Of a stretch of DNA of 64,000 nt, positions 47,829-57,811 are shown one piece after another. The notes under the pieces were generated by a model. The model ran no database searches. It was given only the letters and a program-made list of their open reading frames with translations, and was not told the origin of the DNA. This stretch comes from an uncultured Pseudomonadota bacterium (GTDB lineage Bacteria > Pseudomonadota > Alphaproteobacteria > Rs-D84). Positions within the stretch are counted from its first letter, which is position 1, and every line of letters starts with the position of its first letter. The position numbers and the translations under genes were made by a program. The stretch is taken from positions 2,052 through 66,051 of the forward strand of contig CASDTC010000003.1 of the NCBI GenBank assembly GCA_949283535.1, read 5' to 3'.

Positions 47829-47924
47829 TGCTATATTTGCGCCCCTGGAATTTAAATTGTGGGTGCCGTTTCAGATATTTGTATGAATTTGGTACCCAAC
47901 AGTAACAAAAAGGGTCCAAAAAAA

Positions 47925-49694
47925 ATGTTGTCTTTGAAATCAAAATACAGAACGCATACTTGTGGTGAATTGAATAAAGATAATGTCGGTGAAACGGTTG
48001 CCTTGTCTGGGTGGGTTCACCGTAAACGCGATCATGGGGCGTTATTATTTATTGATCTGCGCGATAATTATGGTATTACGCAATGCGTGTTTGATGGCGG
48101 CGATGAAGCGTTGGAAAAAGTTCGTCCAGAATCAGTGATTCAAATTACAGGTACTGTTGTTGCGCGTGATGCGGCGGCGGTTAATGAAAAAATTCCAACC
48201 GGTGCCATAGAAGTTAAGGCAGAAAAATGGCAGGTCTTGACAAATGCAGATGTTTTACCGTTCCAAGTCTTTGGTGATGATGACAGTGTTTCCGAAGATT
48301 TGCGTTTGAAATATCGTTATTTGGATTTACGGCGTGATTCTTTGCATAACAATATTTTAATGCGCAATCGCATGATTAAATTCATTCGTGATAAAATGTG
48401 GGAAATGGGATTTTCGGAATTTCAGACACCGATTTTAACAGCATCCAGCCCAGAAGGTGCACGCGATTTTATCGTGCCGTCCAGAATGCATCATGGAATG
48501 TTCTATGCATTGCCACAGGCGCCGCAGCAATTTAAGCAGTTATTACAAATTTCTGGGTTTGACAGATATTTTCAAATTGCGCCATGTTTTCGTGATGAAG
48601 ATTTGCGTGCAGATAGGTTATTGGAATTCTATCAATTGGATTTGGAAATGTCGTTTGTTGATTTGCCGGATATTCAAGCAGTTGGCGATACATTGATGCC
48701 GCAAATTATTCGTGAATTTGTCCCAGATGCAAAAATCTGTGAAGATATTCCACATATACCATTTGACGAGGCAATGTTGAAATACGGTTCTGATAAACCG
48801 GATTTACGCAATCCAATTATAATATCTGATGTAACAGATATATTCCGTGGATCTGATTTTGGTATATTTGCAAATGCAATTGAAAATGGCAGTATAGTTC
48901 GTGCAATTCCGGCACCAAACAGTTCAGATAAACCGCGTTCATGGTTTGACAAGTTGGGCGACTGGGCGGTCAAAGAATTGGGACTGGGCGGATTGGGATA
49001 TATAATCTTTGCCGATGAAGCCAAGGGACCAGTTGCAAAAAAACTGGATGCCGCGCGCGTTGCAAAATTGCGTGAAATTGCCGGTGATAATTCGTCATTA
49101 TTCTTTATCTGTGATGCGCCAGATGTTGCCGCCAAGGCGGCAGGCAAGTTGCGCAATAAACTGGGTGAAGATTTGGGATTGATTGATGAAAAAGAATTTC
49201 GTCTGTGCTGGATCGAAGAATTCCCATTCTTTGAAGCAGACCCGGAATCACCAACTGGTATTGCGTTTACCCACAATCCGTTTTCATTCCCGATGGCGAC
49301 ATTGGATGAATTGAAAACAAAAGATCCGCTATCTATCAAGGCGGCACAATTTGATATGGTTTTAAATGGCGCAGAAATTTGCAGTGGTGGATTACGCAAT
49401 TATAATCCAGATGTTATGTTGCGCTGTTTTGAAATAACTGGATATGGTGAAGAAACCGTTAAACAAAAGTTTGGTGGAATGTACACTGCATTCCAATATG
49501 GTGCGCCACCGCACGGTGGGTGTGCGTTTGGTTTGGACAGATTGGTTCAAATTATGTTGAATGAACCAAATTTACGTTCTGTTGTTGCATTCCCAACAAA
49601 TCAGCGTGGTCAAGATTTGATGATGGGATCACCAAGTCCGGTTACGGAACAACAACTGCGCGAAGTTCATATTCAAGTTCGCAAAAAAGGATAA
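47925..49694 (+). CDS. aspS: aspartyl-tRNA synthetase
   Basis: The start was trimmed to MLSLKSKYRTHTCGEL. It has an OB-fold N-domain, class II motif 2 (FRDEDLRADR) and motif 3 (GGCAFGLDRL). Confidence 0.93.
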   Translation: MLSLKSKYRTHTCGELNKDNVGETVALSGWVHRKRDHGALLFIDLRDNYGITQCVFDGGDEALEKVRPESVIQITGTVVARDAAAVNEKIPTGAIEVKAEKWQVLTNADVLPFQVFGDDDSVSEDLRLKYRYLDLRRDSLHNNILMRNRMIKFIRDKMWEMGFSEFQTPILTASSPEGARDFIVPSRMHHGMFYALPQAPQQFKQLLQISGFDRYFQIAPCFRDEDLRADRLLEFYQLDLEMSFVDLPDIQAVGDTLMPQIIREFVPDAKICEDIPHIPFDEAMLKYGSDKPDLRNPIIISDVTDIFRGSDFGIFANAIENGSIVRAIPAPNSSDKPRSWFDKLGDWAVKELGLGGLGYIIFADEAKGPVAKKLDAARVAKLREIAGDNSSLFFICDAPDVAAKAAGKLRNKLGEDLGLIDEKEFRLCWIEEFPFFEADPESPTGIAFTHNPFSFPMATLDELKTKDPLSIKAAQFDMVLNGAEICSGGLRNYNPDVMLRCFEITGYGEETVKQKFGGMYTAFQYGAPPHGGCAFGLDRLVQIMLNEPNLRSVVAFPTNQRGQDLMMGSPSPVTEQQLREVHIQVRKKG

Positions 49695-49715
49695 TTAATT
49701 TATTCTGTATTTATG

Positions 49716-49748
49716 CAGGTTCGCAATTTTGCGAACCTGTTTGTTTTT
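49716..49748 (+). terminator. intrinsic terminator after aspS
   Basis: The sequence is CAGGTTCGC-AATTTT-GCGAACCTG followed by TTTGTTTTT. Confidence 0.8.
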
Positions 49749-49816
49749 GTTGTGAAATCAAACCTATTAAAAATATTTTGTGTATAAATATAATTTTATT
49801 TCATAGGTGGATTATT

Positions 49817-50173
49817 ATGGTAAATGCGGATATTGATAAATTGGCAACAGTAATGGGATTAAGTGCGTATCAGAAAAATGTATTAAAATCTAATCAAGAT
49901 GCGTACAAATTAAATCGTTTAATAAAACACGGATGTGTTTTATATGCACCGCGTACAACACATTCAATGTCGTGTTTTATACGCAGAATTTTATTTGGAC
50001 GCCCCGCTGATTTAATTGGGACAAATAAAATGCTGGTTCGTAATCAGCGTGGAATTCATTTATTTTCACATGGGTTTTACAGTGTGCCTGTTGGACCATT
50101 TAAGTATTACGCCGATGAAAATGGTGATATTGTTGCACGGCGTAATGCATTACAAAAAATACATGAAAATTAA
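49817..50173 (+). CDS. hypothetical protein (118 aa)
   Basis: The start was trimmed to the ATG after a TAGGTGG RBS. No family was recognised. Confidence 0.4.
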   Translation: MVNADIDKLATVMGLSAYQKNVLKSNQDAYKLNRLIKHGCVLYAPRTTHSMSCFIRRILFGRPADLIGTNKMLVRNQRGIHLFSHGFYSVPVGPFKYYADENGDIVARRNALQKIHEN

Positions 50174-50179
50174 TCTGTT

Positions 50180-52654
50180 TTAAAACTGTTTATGTGTTTG
50201 TATAAAATCACGCATATATGTCGCATCAAAATTCGTCATGATTTCTGATAATGAATATTGATGTGTTCCGTTTGGCATAATCTGTAATTCTATGGGTTGG
50301 GGTGATGGTGATGTGCCGCGTAATATCATATTTATTTTGGCATACATTGCACCATCTGATATTTCAATGTTGCCCGTTGCATCGGTGTGGCGCAATTGCA
50401 ACATGATTGGTTCTGTTGTTTTAAAATCACCATTTTTATATTTGCCAATAATGCGCATTCGTTTGATTCTGGATTCGCCGCCGTCCAGTGCATATGATAA
50501 TGCGTATTCTGCATTAAAAGAATTTATTTGATTTGCCGCGGCAAACAAATCATCAATACCGATTCCAATTAAATATCCACTGTCAAAAGATAAATCAATA
50601 TCGCCAATTAAGTTATATTCTAAATCATGGGCAATATTACCAAATGTTTGCATATTTATTTCAGCGGTAATTGTTGTGTCGCGTACATTTAATGGCATAT
50701 GTGTGGATAATAATGTGCCATCTATTTTGAATTTATTTAATTGTACAAATACATTGTATTTGTTGCCATCACGCGATATCGTTGCCAATAAATTTCCGCG
50801 ATTTTTGTCAGTTATTGAAAATGTCTGTGACGATTTTTTTGACGAATAAACAAAATTTCTGAATGTTATTCCATTGTATATCAATTCATCCGCAGATAAT
50901 GATATGTTTATTGGTAATTCAAATGGAATTGTTATTGGCGGCATCATCAAGAATGATAATTCTTCGTAATTATCCAGGTAATATTGACTGATAAAAGAAT
51001 CCAGGTTTAATATATCTGTGCGTAATGTTATTGTGTCATCATTCAAACTGCCATAGAATTTATGGTCTGCAATTATTATTTCCAGGTTTGCAATATTTTT
51101 TCCGTTATATGTTCCGGATATTGTATATTCCAGATTTTTAAATGCACGGGTGTCAATATTTGGAAACCAATCTTTGGCATTTTTGCCATTTATCATGAAA
51201 TATTTATCGGTTAAATATAATTCCCACCTGCCAGATTTTGGAACAAAGTGCATCATATCATTGTCCCATTTGAAATCACCGATTGATGAACGCATAAATT
51301 GTGGTATTTGTTCAATGCTGGGGTCCAGCCATTGCAATGTTTTGTTGTTCGCAAATCTGTATGTTGGAATTATGTGATTGCCATCAATATTGTATGTGCC
51401 GCTGATGTCTGAAAATTCAAAATCAATTTTTCCGCGTGGTGTGAATTTTTGCATTTGATTTATAATATCACTGCGCGTTGGCATTGGTTGTTGCGAATAT
51501 ACCAATAAATTAAATTTATCGGGCGTAATTGTAATGGCACCAGTATAATCACCATATGTAAACTGTGTGCATTGCCAATTTGTTGGCGTGCCAGAAAATA
51601 TGCACATTGCGTGTTCGCCATGATATGGCATTTTTATAGTTATATTATGGGCGCCAAATTCATCAATTTCGCCACCAGTCATTGAAATATTGTCTGCGAT
51701 AACGGTGTCTATTTCCAATGCATCGCGCGTACCAGTTGCGCGTACAATTAAATGATTGAATTCATATTCACCAAATTTTAATTTGCCGGTAAAATCAAGA
51801 TCAAATTTTGTTTGATAAAATATACGCGATGGTTCCATTAAAAAAGATAAATCGTATGCTATATCATGCCCACGCAGTTGTACAATTTTTTCACCATTTG
51901 GTTTGATTTCTATATTGCCAGAAATTTTGTCCATTTTTATATCTGTAAATTTCCATCCACGACCGCCGTCCCATTCGAAATTCATGCTAAGTTTTACTGT
52001 TTTATCAATGCGTGGCTGGGAAAAACCAAACCAGCGATTTAAATCGTCTGTTTCCATTGATATATGACCGTTGGCGGCACCATCTGCAAATAGTTGTCCA
52101 GATATTTCCAGTTTGTCATTTTGATTGTGTACATAGAATGTATCATTATCAAAATCAATATCATATTTATGTTTTTCTGTTCGCACAACACCAACCAGAT
52201 GACTGCCGTCTATGGTGGCGTCTATGATTTCAATTTCGTGATTTCGAAAATTTATTTTTGAATTATATATATCAATAACATGATGAAAGTCTGTTGGTAT
52301 TAAACTGGATATACTGATATTGGCATCGTATATTGTTATGTCGCCTGTCAGTGGTGCAGATTCCAGATTAAATATACTGGACAATGGTACCGAAAACATT
52401 GCCGCCCCAATATGACCATGTGCAATTTCTATATCATTTACAACAATTGTTGTGCGTCCCAGCAAGCTGAAATGAATGTCGCCATTTATTTTTGCGGCAA
52501 CGCCTGTTTGTTCGGCAATTGCCTGGGTAATTTTAGGCTTTAAATTATTCAGGGTTATCATTGGCGGCACAATTACAATTGCCAGTATAAACAGACCGAT
52601 AATTGCAATTATCGACCAGAATATTCTGCGCTTATATCTGGGTTTTAATGCCAT
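50180..52654 (-). CDS. AsmA-family outer-membrane assembly/lipid transport protein
   Basis: This 824-aa protein has a single N-terminal TM (IFWSIIAIIGLFILAIVIV) followed by a long beta-rich periplasmic region. The N-terminal AsmA-like segment is LNNLKPKITQAIAEQTG..A.I.GDI.FSL. Confidence 0.7.
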   Translation of the reverse strand: MALKPRYKRRIFWSIIAIIGLFILAIVIVPPMITLNNLKPKITQAIAEQTGVAAKINGDIHFSLLGRTTIVVNDIEIAHGHIGAAMFSVPLSSIFNLESAPLTGDITIYDANISISSLIPTDFHHVIDIYNSKINFRNHEIEIIDATIDGSHLVGVVRTEKHKYDIDFDNDTFYVHNQNDKLEISGQLFADGAANGHISMETDDLNRWFGFSQPRIDKTVKLSMNFEWDGGRGWKFTDIKMDKISGNIEIKPNGEKIVQLRGHDIAYDLSFLMEPSRIFYQTKFDLDFTGKLKFGEYEFNHLIVRATGTRDALEIDTVIADNISMTGGEIDEFGAHNITIKMPYHGEHAMCIFSGTPTNWQCTQFTYGDYTGAITITPDKFNLLVYSQQPMPTRSDIINQMQKFTPRGKIDFEFSDISGTYNIDGNHIIPTYRFANNKTLQWLDPSIEQIPQFMRSSIGDFKWDNDMMHFVPKSGRWELYLTDKYFMINGKNAKDWFPNIDTRAFKNLEYTISGTYNGKNIANLEIIIADHKFYGSLNDDTITLRTDILNLDSFISQYYLDNYEELSFLMMPPITIPFELPINISLSADELIYNGITFRNFVYSSKKSSQTFSITDKNRGNLLATISRDGNKYNVFVQLNKFKIDGTLLSTHMPLNVRDTTITAEINMQTFGNIAHDLEYNLIGDIDLSFDSGYLIGIGIDDLFAAANQINSFNAEYALSYALDGGESRIKRMRIIGKYKNGDFKTTEPIMLQLRHTDATGNIEISDGAMYAKINMILRGTSPSPQPIELQIMPNGTHQYSLSEIMTNFDATYMRDFIQTHKQF

Positions 52655-52701
52655 TCCTCTATTCCCTTGTATTTTAATTATAATGAATTATATTAAGGCT
52701 T

Positions 52702-54690
52702 GTGAATAAAAAAATATTTGATCTTCAAAGTAATTATAAACCCATGGGTGATCAGCCCCAGGCAATTTCTGAATTGGTTGCCGGGGTTCGTGATGGTCGC
52801 CGCAGCCAGGTTTTATTGGGGGTGACTGGGTCTGGCAAGACATTTACCATGGCAAATGTTATTGCTGAATTGGGACGACCGGCACTGATTATGGCGCCAA
52901 ATAAAATATTAGCGGCACAGTTATATACCGAAATGAAATCGTTTTTTCCAAATAATCATGTTGAATACTTTGTGTCGTATTATGATTATTATCAGCCAGA
53001 GGCATATTTACCAACCACGGATACATATATTGATAAAGACGCATCGATAAATGAACAGTTGGATCGTATGCGGCACAGTGCAACGCGTGCAATGCTGGAA
53101 GAACGCGATGTCGTTGTTGTGTCGTCTGTATCATCAATTTATGGTATGGGGTCGCCAGAACAATATGCCGGTATGAAATTGGTTTTGCATGCGGGCGATA
53201 AAATCAGCATATCAGATGTTATGCATTCGTTGGTTGATATTCAATATAAACGAAATGATATGGCATTTGAACGCGGTGATTTTCGCGTACGCGGTGATAG
53301 CTTGGATATATTTCCATCACATTCCCAGGACAGGGCGTGGAAATTGTCTTTCTGGGGTGATGAAATCGAAGAAATTTGGGAATTTGATACTTTAACGGGT
53401 GCGAAATTACAAAAATTGGACAGAATTGCTGTATATCCAAATACTCACTATGCAACGCCAATGCCATCAATTTTACAGGCAATTGGGCAAATTCGTGATG
53501 ATTTAAAAGACAGGCTGGAATACTTTCATGAAAATATGAAGTATATCGAAGAACAGCGTTTGCGTGAACGCGTGAACTTTGATATTGAAATGATGGAATC
53601 AACCGGGATATGTCGCGGAATTGAAAATTATTCCAGATATTTATCAGGACGCGCGCCCGGGCAACCACCGCCAACATTGTTTGAATATTTACCGCGTGAT
53701 GCAATTTTATTTGTTGATGAAAGCCATGTAACGATACCGCAAATTGCCGCAATGTCACGCGGTGACCGGGCGCGTAAAGAAACACTGGCACAATATGGGT
53801 TTCGTTTGCCAGCGTGCATTGATAACAGACCGTTGACATTTGAAGAATGGGATGCATTACGCCCACAGAGTATTTTTGTATCTGCAACACCTGCACAATG
53901 GGAATTGGAACAATCGGGTGGAATTGTATCAGAACAGGTTATCAGACCAACTGGATTGTTGGATCCAGAATGTCAGGTTCGTCCCACAACGCACCAGGTT
54001 GATGATTTATTGGGCGAAGTTAAAAAGGTTCAGGGACGCGTTCTGGTTACAACATTAACAAAAAAAATGGCAGAACAATTAACCGACTATTTCGTTGAAA
54101 ATGGGGTGCGGGCAAAATATCTGCACAGTGATATTGAAACGCTGGAACGAATTGAATTATTGCGCGATTTGCGTTTGGGAAGATTCGATGTATTGGTTGG
54201 AATTAACCTGTTGCGCGAAGGTTTGGATGTGCCAGAATGTGAACTGGTTGCGATTATGGATGCGGATAAAGAAGGGTTCTTGCGTTCAACGCGCAGTTTA
54301 ATTCAGACAATTGGGCGCGCGGCGCGTAATGCAAATGGACGGGTGATTTTATATGCAGATAAAATTACAGATTCTATGCAGGCAGCGTTATCAGAAACCG
54401 CGCGGCGTCGTGAAAAGCAAATGGCGTATAATCGCGAACACAATATAACACCAAAAACTGTATCCAAGGCAGTATTTGCAGAGGTTGGCGATAAAGCCGA
54501 AAAAACAGATAAAAAGCGTCGTTTTGTTTATACGCGTGATGGTGTTATGGATGCAGATACTTTACGCAAAGAAATCAAGAAATTAAATAAGCAAATGCGT
54601 GATGCCGCAGAAAATCTGGAATTTGAACGGGCGGCAGAACTGCGCGATGCAATCCATAAAATGGAAGATGATTTATTGTTGTTGGAGTAG
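52702..54690 (+). CDS. uvrB: excinuclease ABC subunit B
   Basis: It uses a GTG start. It has Walker A (GVTGSGKT), helicase motifs and a C-terminal UVR domain ([13 protein letters not shown]). Confidence 0.95.
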   Translation: MNKKIFDLQSNYKPMGDQPQAISELVAGVRDGRRSQVLLGVTGSGKTFTMANVIAELGRPALIMAPNKILAAQLYTEMKSFFPNNHVEYFVSYYDYYQPEAYLPTTDTYIDKDASINEQLDRMRHSATRAMLEERDVVVVSSVSSIYGMGSPEQYAGMKLVLHAGDKISISDVMHSLVDIQYKRNDMAFERGDFRVRGDSLDIFPSHSQDRAWKLSFWGDEIEEIWEFDTLTGAKLQKLDRIAVYPNTHYATPMPSILQAIGQIRDDLKDRLEYFHENMKYIEEQRLRERVNFDIEMMESTGICRGIENYSRYLSGRAPGQPPPTLFEYLPRDAILFVDESHVTIPQIAAMSRGDRARKETLAQYGFRLPACIDNRPLTFEEWDALRPQSIFVSATPAQWELEQSGGIVSEQVIRPTGLLDPECQVRPTTHQVDDLLGEVKKVQGRVLVTTLTKKMAEQLTDYFVENGVRAKYLHSDIETLERIELLRDLRLGRFDVLVGINLLREGLDVPECELVAIMDADKEGFLRSTRSLIQTIGRAARNANGRVILYADKITDSMQAALSETARRREKQMAYNREHNITPKTVSKAVFAEVGDKAEKTDKKRRFVYTRDGVMDADTLRKEIKKLNKQMRDAAENLEFERAAELRDAIHKMEDDLLLLE

Positions 54691-54694
54691 GGGT

Positions 54695-55096
54695 ATGAAA
54701 TCAGAATACGATTTAAAAAATATTGATGAAACGCGTGCGTTTGCGCGTGAATTTGCACACAGGCTGCATGCGCCGTGCGTGGTTGCGTTGCATGGCGATT
54801 TGGGTATGGGTAAATCAGAAATTGCGCGAACAATAATCCAAGAATTGCGCGGGGCAGATACGGTTGTGCCCAGTCCGACATTTACAATTGTTCAAAATTA
54901 TGATGGAATTTCGCATTTTGATTTATATCGGGTCGAAGATAAATCAGAACTGACCGAAATTGGATTGCCGTATGCAATGCAAAATGATATAACATTAATT
55001 GAATGGCCAGAAATTGCCGCAGATATATTACCCAACAATACAATTCATATTTTTATAACTGGCAATGGTGATGGACGTAATATTGTTATTAATTAG
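54695..55096 (+). CDS. tsaE: tRNA t6A37 biosynthesis ATPase TsaE
   Basis: The start was trimmed to MKSEYDL. It has the P-loop GDLGMGKSEIAR plus SPTFTIVQ.Y and HFDLYR motifs. Confidence 0.85.
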   Translation: MKSEYDLKNIDETRAFAREFAHRLHAPCVVALHGDLGMGKSEIARTIIQELRGADTVVPSPTFTIVQNYDGISHFDLYRVEDKSELTEIGLPYAMQNDITLIEWPEIAADILPNNTIHIFITGNGDGRNIVIN

Positions 55097-55157
55097 GCAT
55101 AGGAAATTGTACTTGTTGCGATTAACATGTTTGTTATGTAATGCTTATAATGGTTGC

Positions 55158-55296
55158 AGAAAACAACCGTGCAAGTATCTGCATATAATTACTGCATCCC
55201 AGGGCTTTGCTAAGTCCCGAACCCACATCCCTATGGATTCAGCAGAATTCATATCATGCAGTGATTGAAATAAAAAACCGCATTTTGCGGTTTTTT
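55158..55296 (+). ncRNA. candidate small RNA with its own promoter and terminator
   Basis: TTAACA (55122-27) - 18 nt - TATAAT (55146-51) lies upstream. Hairpins include GGTTG-CAGAAAA-CAACC and CTGCAT...ATGCAG. It carries the 27-nt motif at 55216-42, shared with 44427-53, and ends at terminator 55272-96. Confidence 0.35.
55272..55296. terminator. bidirectional intrinsic terminator
   Basis: The sequence is A6-ACCGC-ATTTT-GCGGT-T6, and it overlaps the stop of the ftsA-like gene. Confidence 0.75.
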
Positions 55297-57073
55297 ATTG
55301 TTCAGAATGTTTTAATAAACTTTGTACCGCCAATGGAAAATCATTACTGCGTGCCAGGTATGAACCACTGACCAATAAATCGGCGCCAGCAGTCCAACAT
55401 TTTTGTGCGGTTTCAGCATTTATTCCGCCATCAACAGATATTAAGTATTTTAGCCCATATTTTTTGCGTGTCGCCGCCAATACTGATATTTTATGCAGGC
55501 ATGTGTCGTCAAATTCTTGACCCGCCGCCCCAGGTGGTACAGTCATTATCATTATTTCGTCAATTTCACGCAAAATCGGCTTTAATATTTCTACAGATGA
55601 TTCTGGGTTTAATGCAACGCCCGCGCGTTTTGATGCTGCGCGTACCGAACGAATTGCTGCACGCAGTCCAGATGTATTTGTTGACATTATAACCGTGTCT
55701 GCACCCGCAGAAATTGCGTCATTCGCCCAGACGGTTGGACTTTCCGTCATTAAATGTACATGCAGATGCGCGTTTGTATGTGCGCGTATGTATTTTAATT
55801 CCGCAATACTGCCGGCAATGCGGTCAACATAAAATCCATCCATTATATCGACATGTATCATTGATATGCCGCCCGCCCGGAATAATGAATATGTTTCCGG
55901 ACTTTTCATATTAAAGCATAATGTGCTGGGCATTATGGGTATAAATTTTTTTTGTGGGTGCCGACGCCGGCGGAATATAGACATTATGCGATTACTGAAC
56001 TGTTCAACGCGGGCGTGGCGCATTGCATATTTGTTGCGATGTTCTGATTCTAGATTCCATATGTATGTTGATAATGCACGAACAGATGCGTCAGAATGAT
56101 TGTTCTTTACAGGTATTGAAAAAACATTTTCAACAAATTCATCAATTCCATCAATTTCAGCACCACCGCCAGATATCATTATTGATGATGGTTTATATTT
56201 TGAAAATGCCGCATTTGATGCGTCCTTGATACGGGCGCATATATCGACCATATGTGGTAATATAATGTCATTTACATCGGCGCGTGAAAAATCGTATGCC
56301 GTGTCTGCCGGGGTAAATCTGTCCATTTCGCGTGGCATTAATCCGGCGACATTGCGTTTTATTCGGTCGGCATCATCAAAATCAATATTTAATTTTTTTG
56401 ATATATCATTTGTTATATCTGTCCCACCAACAGATATTTTTGCATGCCATACGGGACCACGATCCATCCAAATAGATGCGCTGGTAAATTTTGCGCCAAA
56501 ATCAATAAACATTGTTGTTTGTTTTTTGGGGCGAAATACCGAATTTTGCAAAAATTGTGGGTCGTAAAATGCGTCTGGTTGAATATGGGCATGGCGCAGA
56601 TTGGACCCCAGTTCATCGATTTGTGCATATGAATAAAATATTACACCAAATGCAGATATTAATTGTCGGTCTGTATGACCAATTGGTGAAAACATATTTC
56701 GTGCGGTTGGTGTATCGTATCGCAGTGGAAATATATGCATTGGGAAATATCCGTCTGGTGGGGTAATTTGTGAAATTTGCGTTCGAACATCTGATACAGT
56801 TATTTTATGTTCACCATGCCAAATCGTATTTTTCGCAATCATTTCAAATTTTGATTGCCCAAAATCACCCGTAATATATGCAGAATCAAAATGCGATCCG
56901 ATTTGTTGTTCCAGTTCGTCAATTACAGACTTTAATGCAAATACTGTATCAAAACTGTCAACGGCATGCATTGCAGATTGAACAATTCGACCGCCCAGTA
57001 CATGATGTGCAATGCCGCGTACGCAGTGCGTGCCAACATCCAGACATAAAAAAGTTGAATCCCCCAGGTTCAT
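55295..57073 (-). CDS. ftsA: FtsA-like actin-fold protein fused in frame to a ribulose-phosphate 3-epimerase-like TIM barrel
   Basis: The N-terminal ~375 aa are FtsA-like (LCLDVGTHCVRG, IDFGAKFTS, ISGGGAEIDGIDEFVENVFSIPV). The C-terminal ~215 aa are Rpe-like (IMPSTLCFNM, HVDIMDGFYV, HLMTE, ISVDGGIN). There is no stop between the two parts. Confidence 0.7.
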   Translation of the reverse strand: MNLGDSTFLCLDVGTHCVRGIAHHVLGGRIVQSAMHAVDSFDTVFALKSVIDELEQQIGSHFDSAYITGDFGQSKFEMIAKNTIWHGEHKITVSDVRTQISQITPPDGYFPMHIFPLRYDTPTARNMFSPIGHTDRQLISAFGVIFYSYAQIDELGSNLRHAHIQPDAFYDPQFLQNSVFRPKKQTTMFIDFGAKFTSASIWMDRGPVWHAKISVGGTDITNDISKKLNIDFDDADRIKRNVAGLMPREMDRFTPADTAYDFSRADVNDIILPHMVDICARIKDASNAAFSKYKPSSIMISGGGAEIDGIDEFVENVFSIPVKNNHSDASVRALSTYIWNLESEHRNKYAMRHARVEQFSNRIMSIFRRRRHPQKKFIPIMPSTLCFNMKSPETYSLFRAGGISMIHVDIMDGFYVDRIAGSIAELKYIRAHTNAHLHVHLMTESPTVWANDAISAGADTVIMSTNTSGLRAAIRSVRAASKRAGVALNPESSVEILKPILREIDEIMIMTVPPGAAGQEFDDTCLHKISVLAATRKKYGLKYLISVDGGINAETAQKCWTAGADLLVSGSYLARSNDFPLAVQSLLKHSEQ

Positions 57074-57081
57074 TATAATTT

Positions 57082-57762
57082 TTATTTTACTAATATTCGC
57101 GCGTCATCGCGCATGTCAATTATTTCCAATTTTTTTGATAAAATTCCATGGTTTTTATCCAATACCAATAAACTTGCCACGGCATCAGATGGATTTTTTT
57201 CTGGCAACATGACCGTTATACCACCCGTTGTGTGAATGTTCCAACGGCGTTCTTCGACCCATTCGATATAATCCAGGTTATTAATCATGCTGTGTGCAGT
57301 TGATGTTATTGCCGATAAATCATTTGGCAATTCGCCACGAAATACAACAGTGCCGGGTGTGCGTACATCTGATGGGCGATTTATAATTGTGCCGTCTGAT
57401 GATAATGGATAATACTGCAATCCATCTGTCCATTGGGCAATTGCCTGGTATAATTCAACGCGTACAGATAAATTGCCATTTGGTGTGCGGCGAACCGCAG
57501 ATGCGCGTACACCAGGTACGGCACCGATGCGTGCGTTTATTGTATTCAGATCTGTGCGGAATGCATTTGTACCCGGTGCCACAGCCGCCGCCGCCGCAAC
57601 CGATGTCAGATCTTTGTTTGGCATGTCCGCAGATATTGATATGCGGCGTACATGTGCAATTTCGCCGCGGCCCATATATGTCATAACAATTCGGGTCGCA
57701 AAATATACCGACAATATTATCGCAATAACAAAATACAGCCAAAACCAAATGCTTCGTTTCAT
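57082..57762 (-). CDS. ftsQ: cell division protein FtsQ
   Basis: The start was trimmed to MKRSIWFWLYF. It has a single TM followed by POTRA and FtsQ beta domains, and lies immediately upstream of the ftsA-like gene. Confidence 0.7.
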   Translation of the reverse strand: MKRSIWFWLYFVIAIILSVYFATRIVMTYMGRGEIAHVRRISISADMPNKDLTSVAAAAAVAPGTNAFRTDLNTINARIGAVPGVRASAVRRTPNGNLSVRVELYQAIAQWTDGLQYYPLSSDGTIINRPSDVRTPGTVVFRGELPNDLSAITSTAHSMINNLDYIEWVEERRWNIHTTGGITVMLPEKNPSDAVASLLVLDKNHGILSKKLEIIDMRDDARILVK

Positions 57763-57811
57763 GTGTGCAATTATACCATAAATTGTTTTGATTGGAAAGC
57801 AGACAAAATTT

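Larger units (their letters stand above)
40252..47850. mobile_element. putative integrated genomic island at tRNA-Thr (right boundary uncertain, 47.45-47.85 kb)
   Basis: The serine recombinase gene overlaps the tRNA 3' end. All island genes are on the minus strand and are visibly more AT-rich than flanking core genes. No housekeeping functions are present, and the core gene aspS resumes at 47925. Confidence 0.6.
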
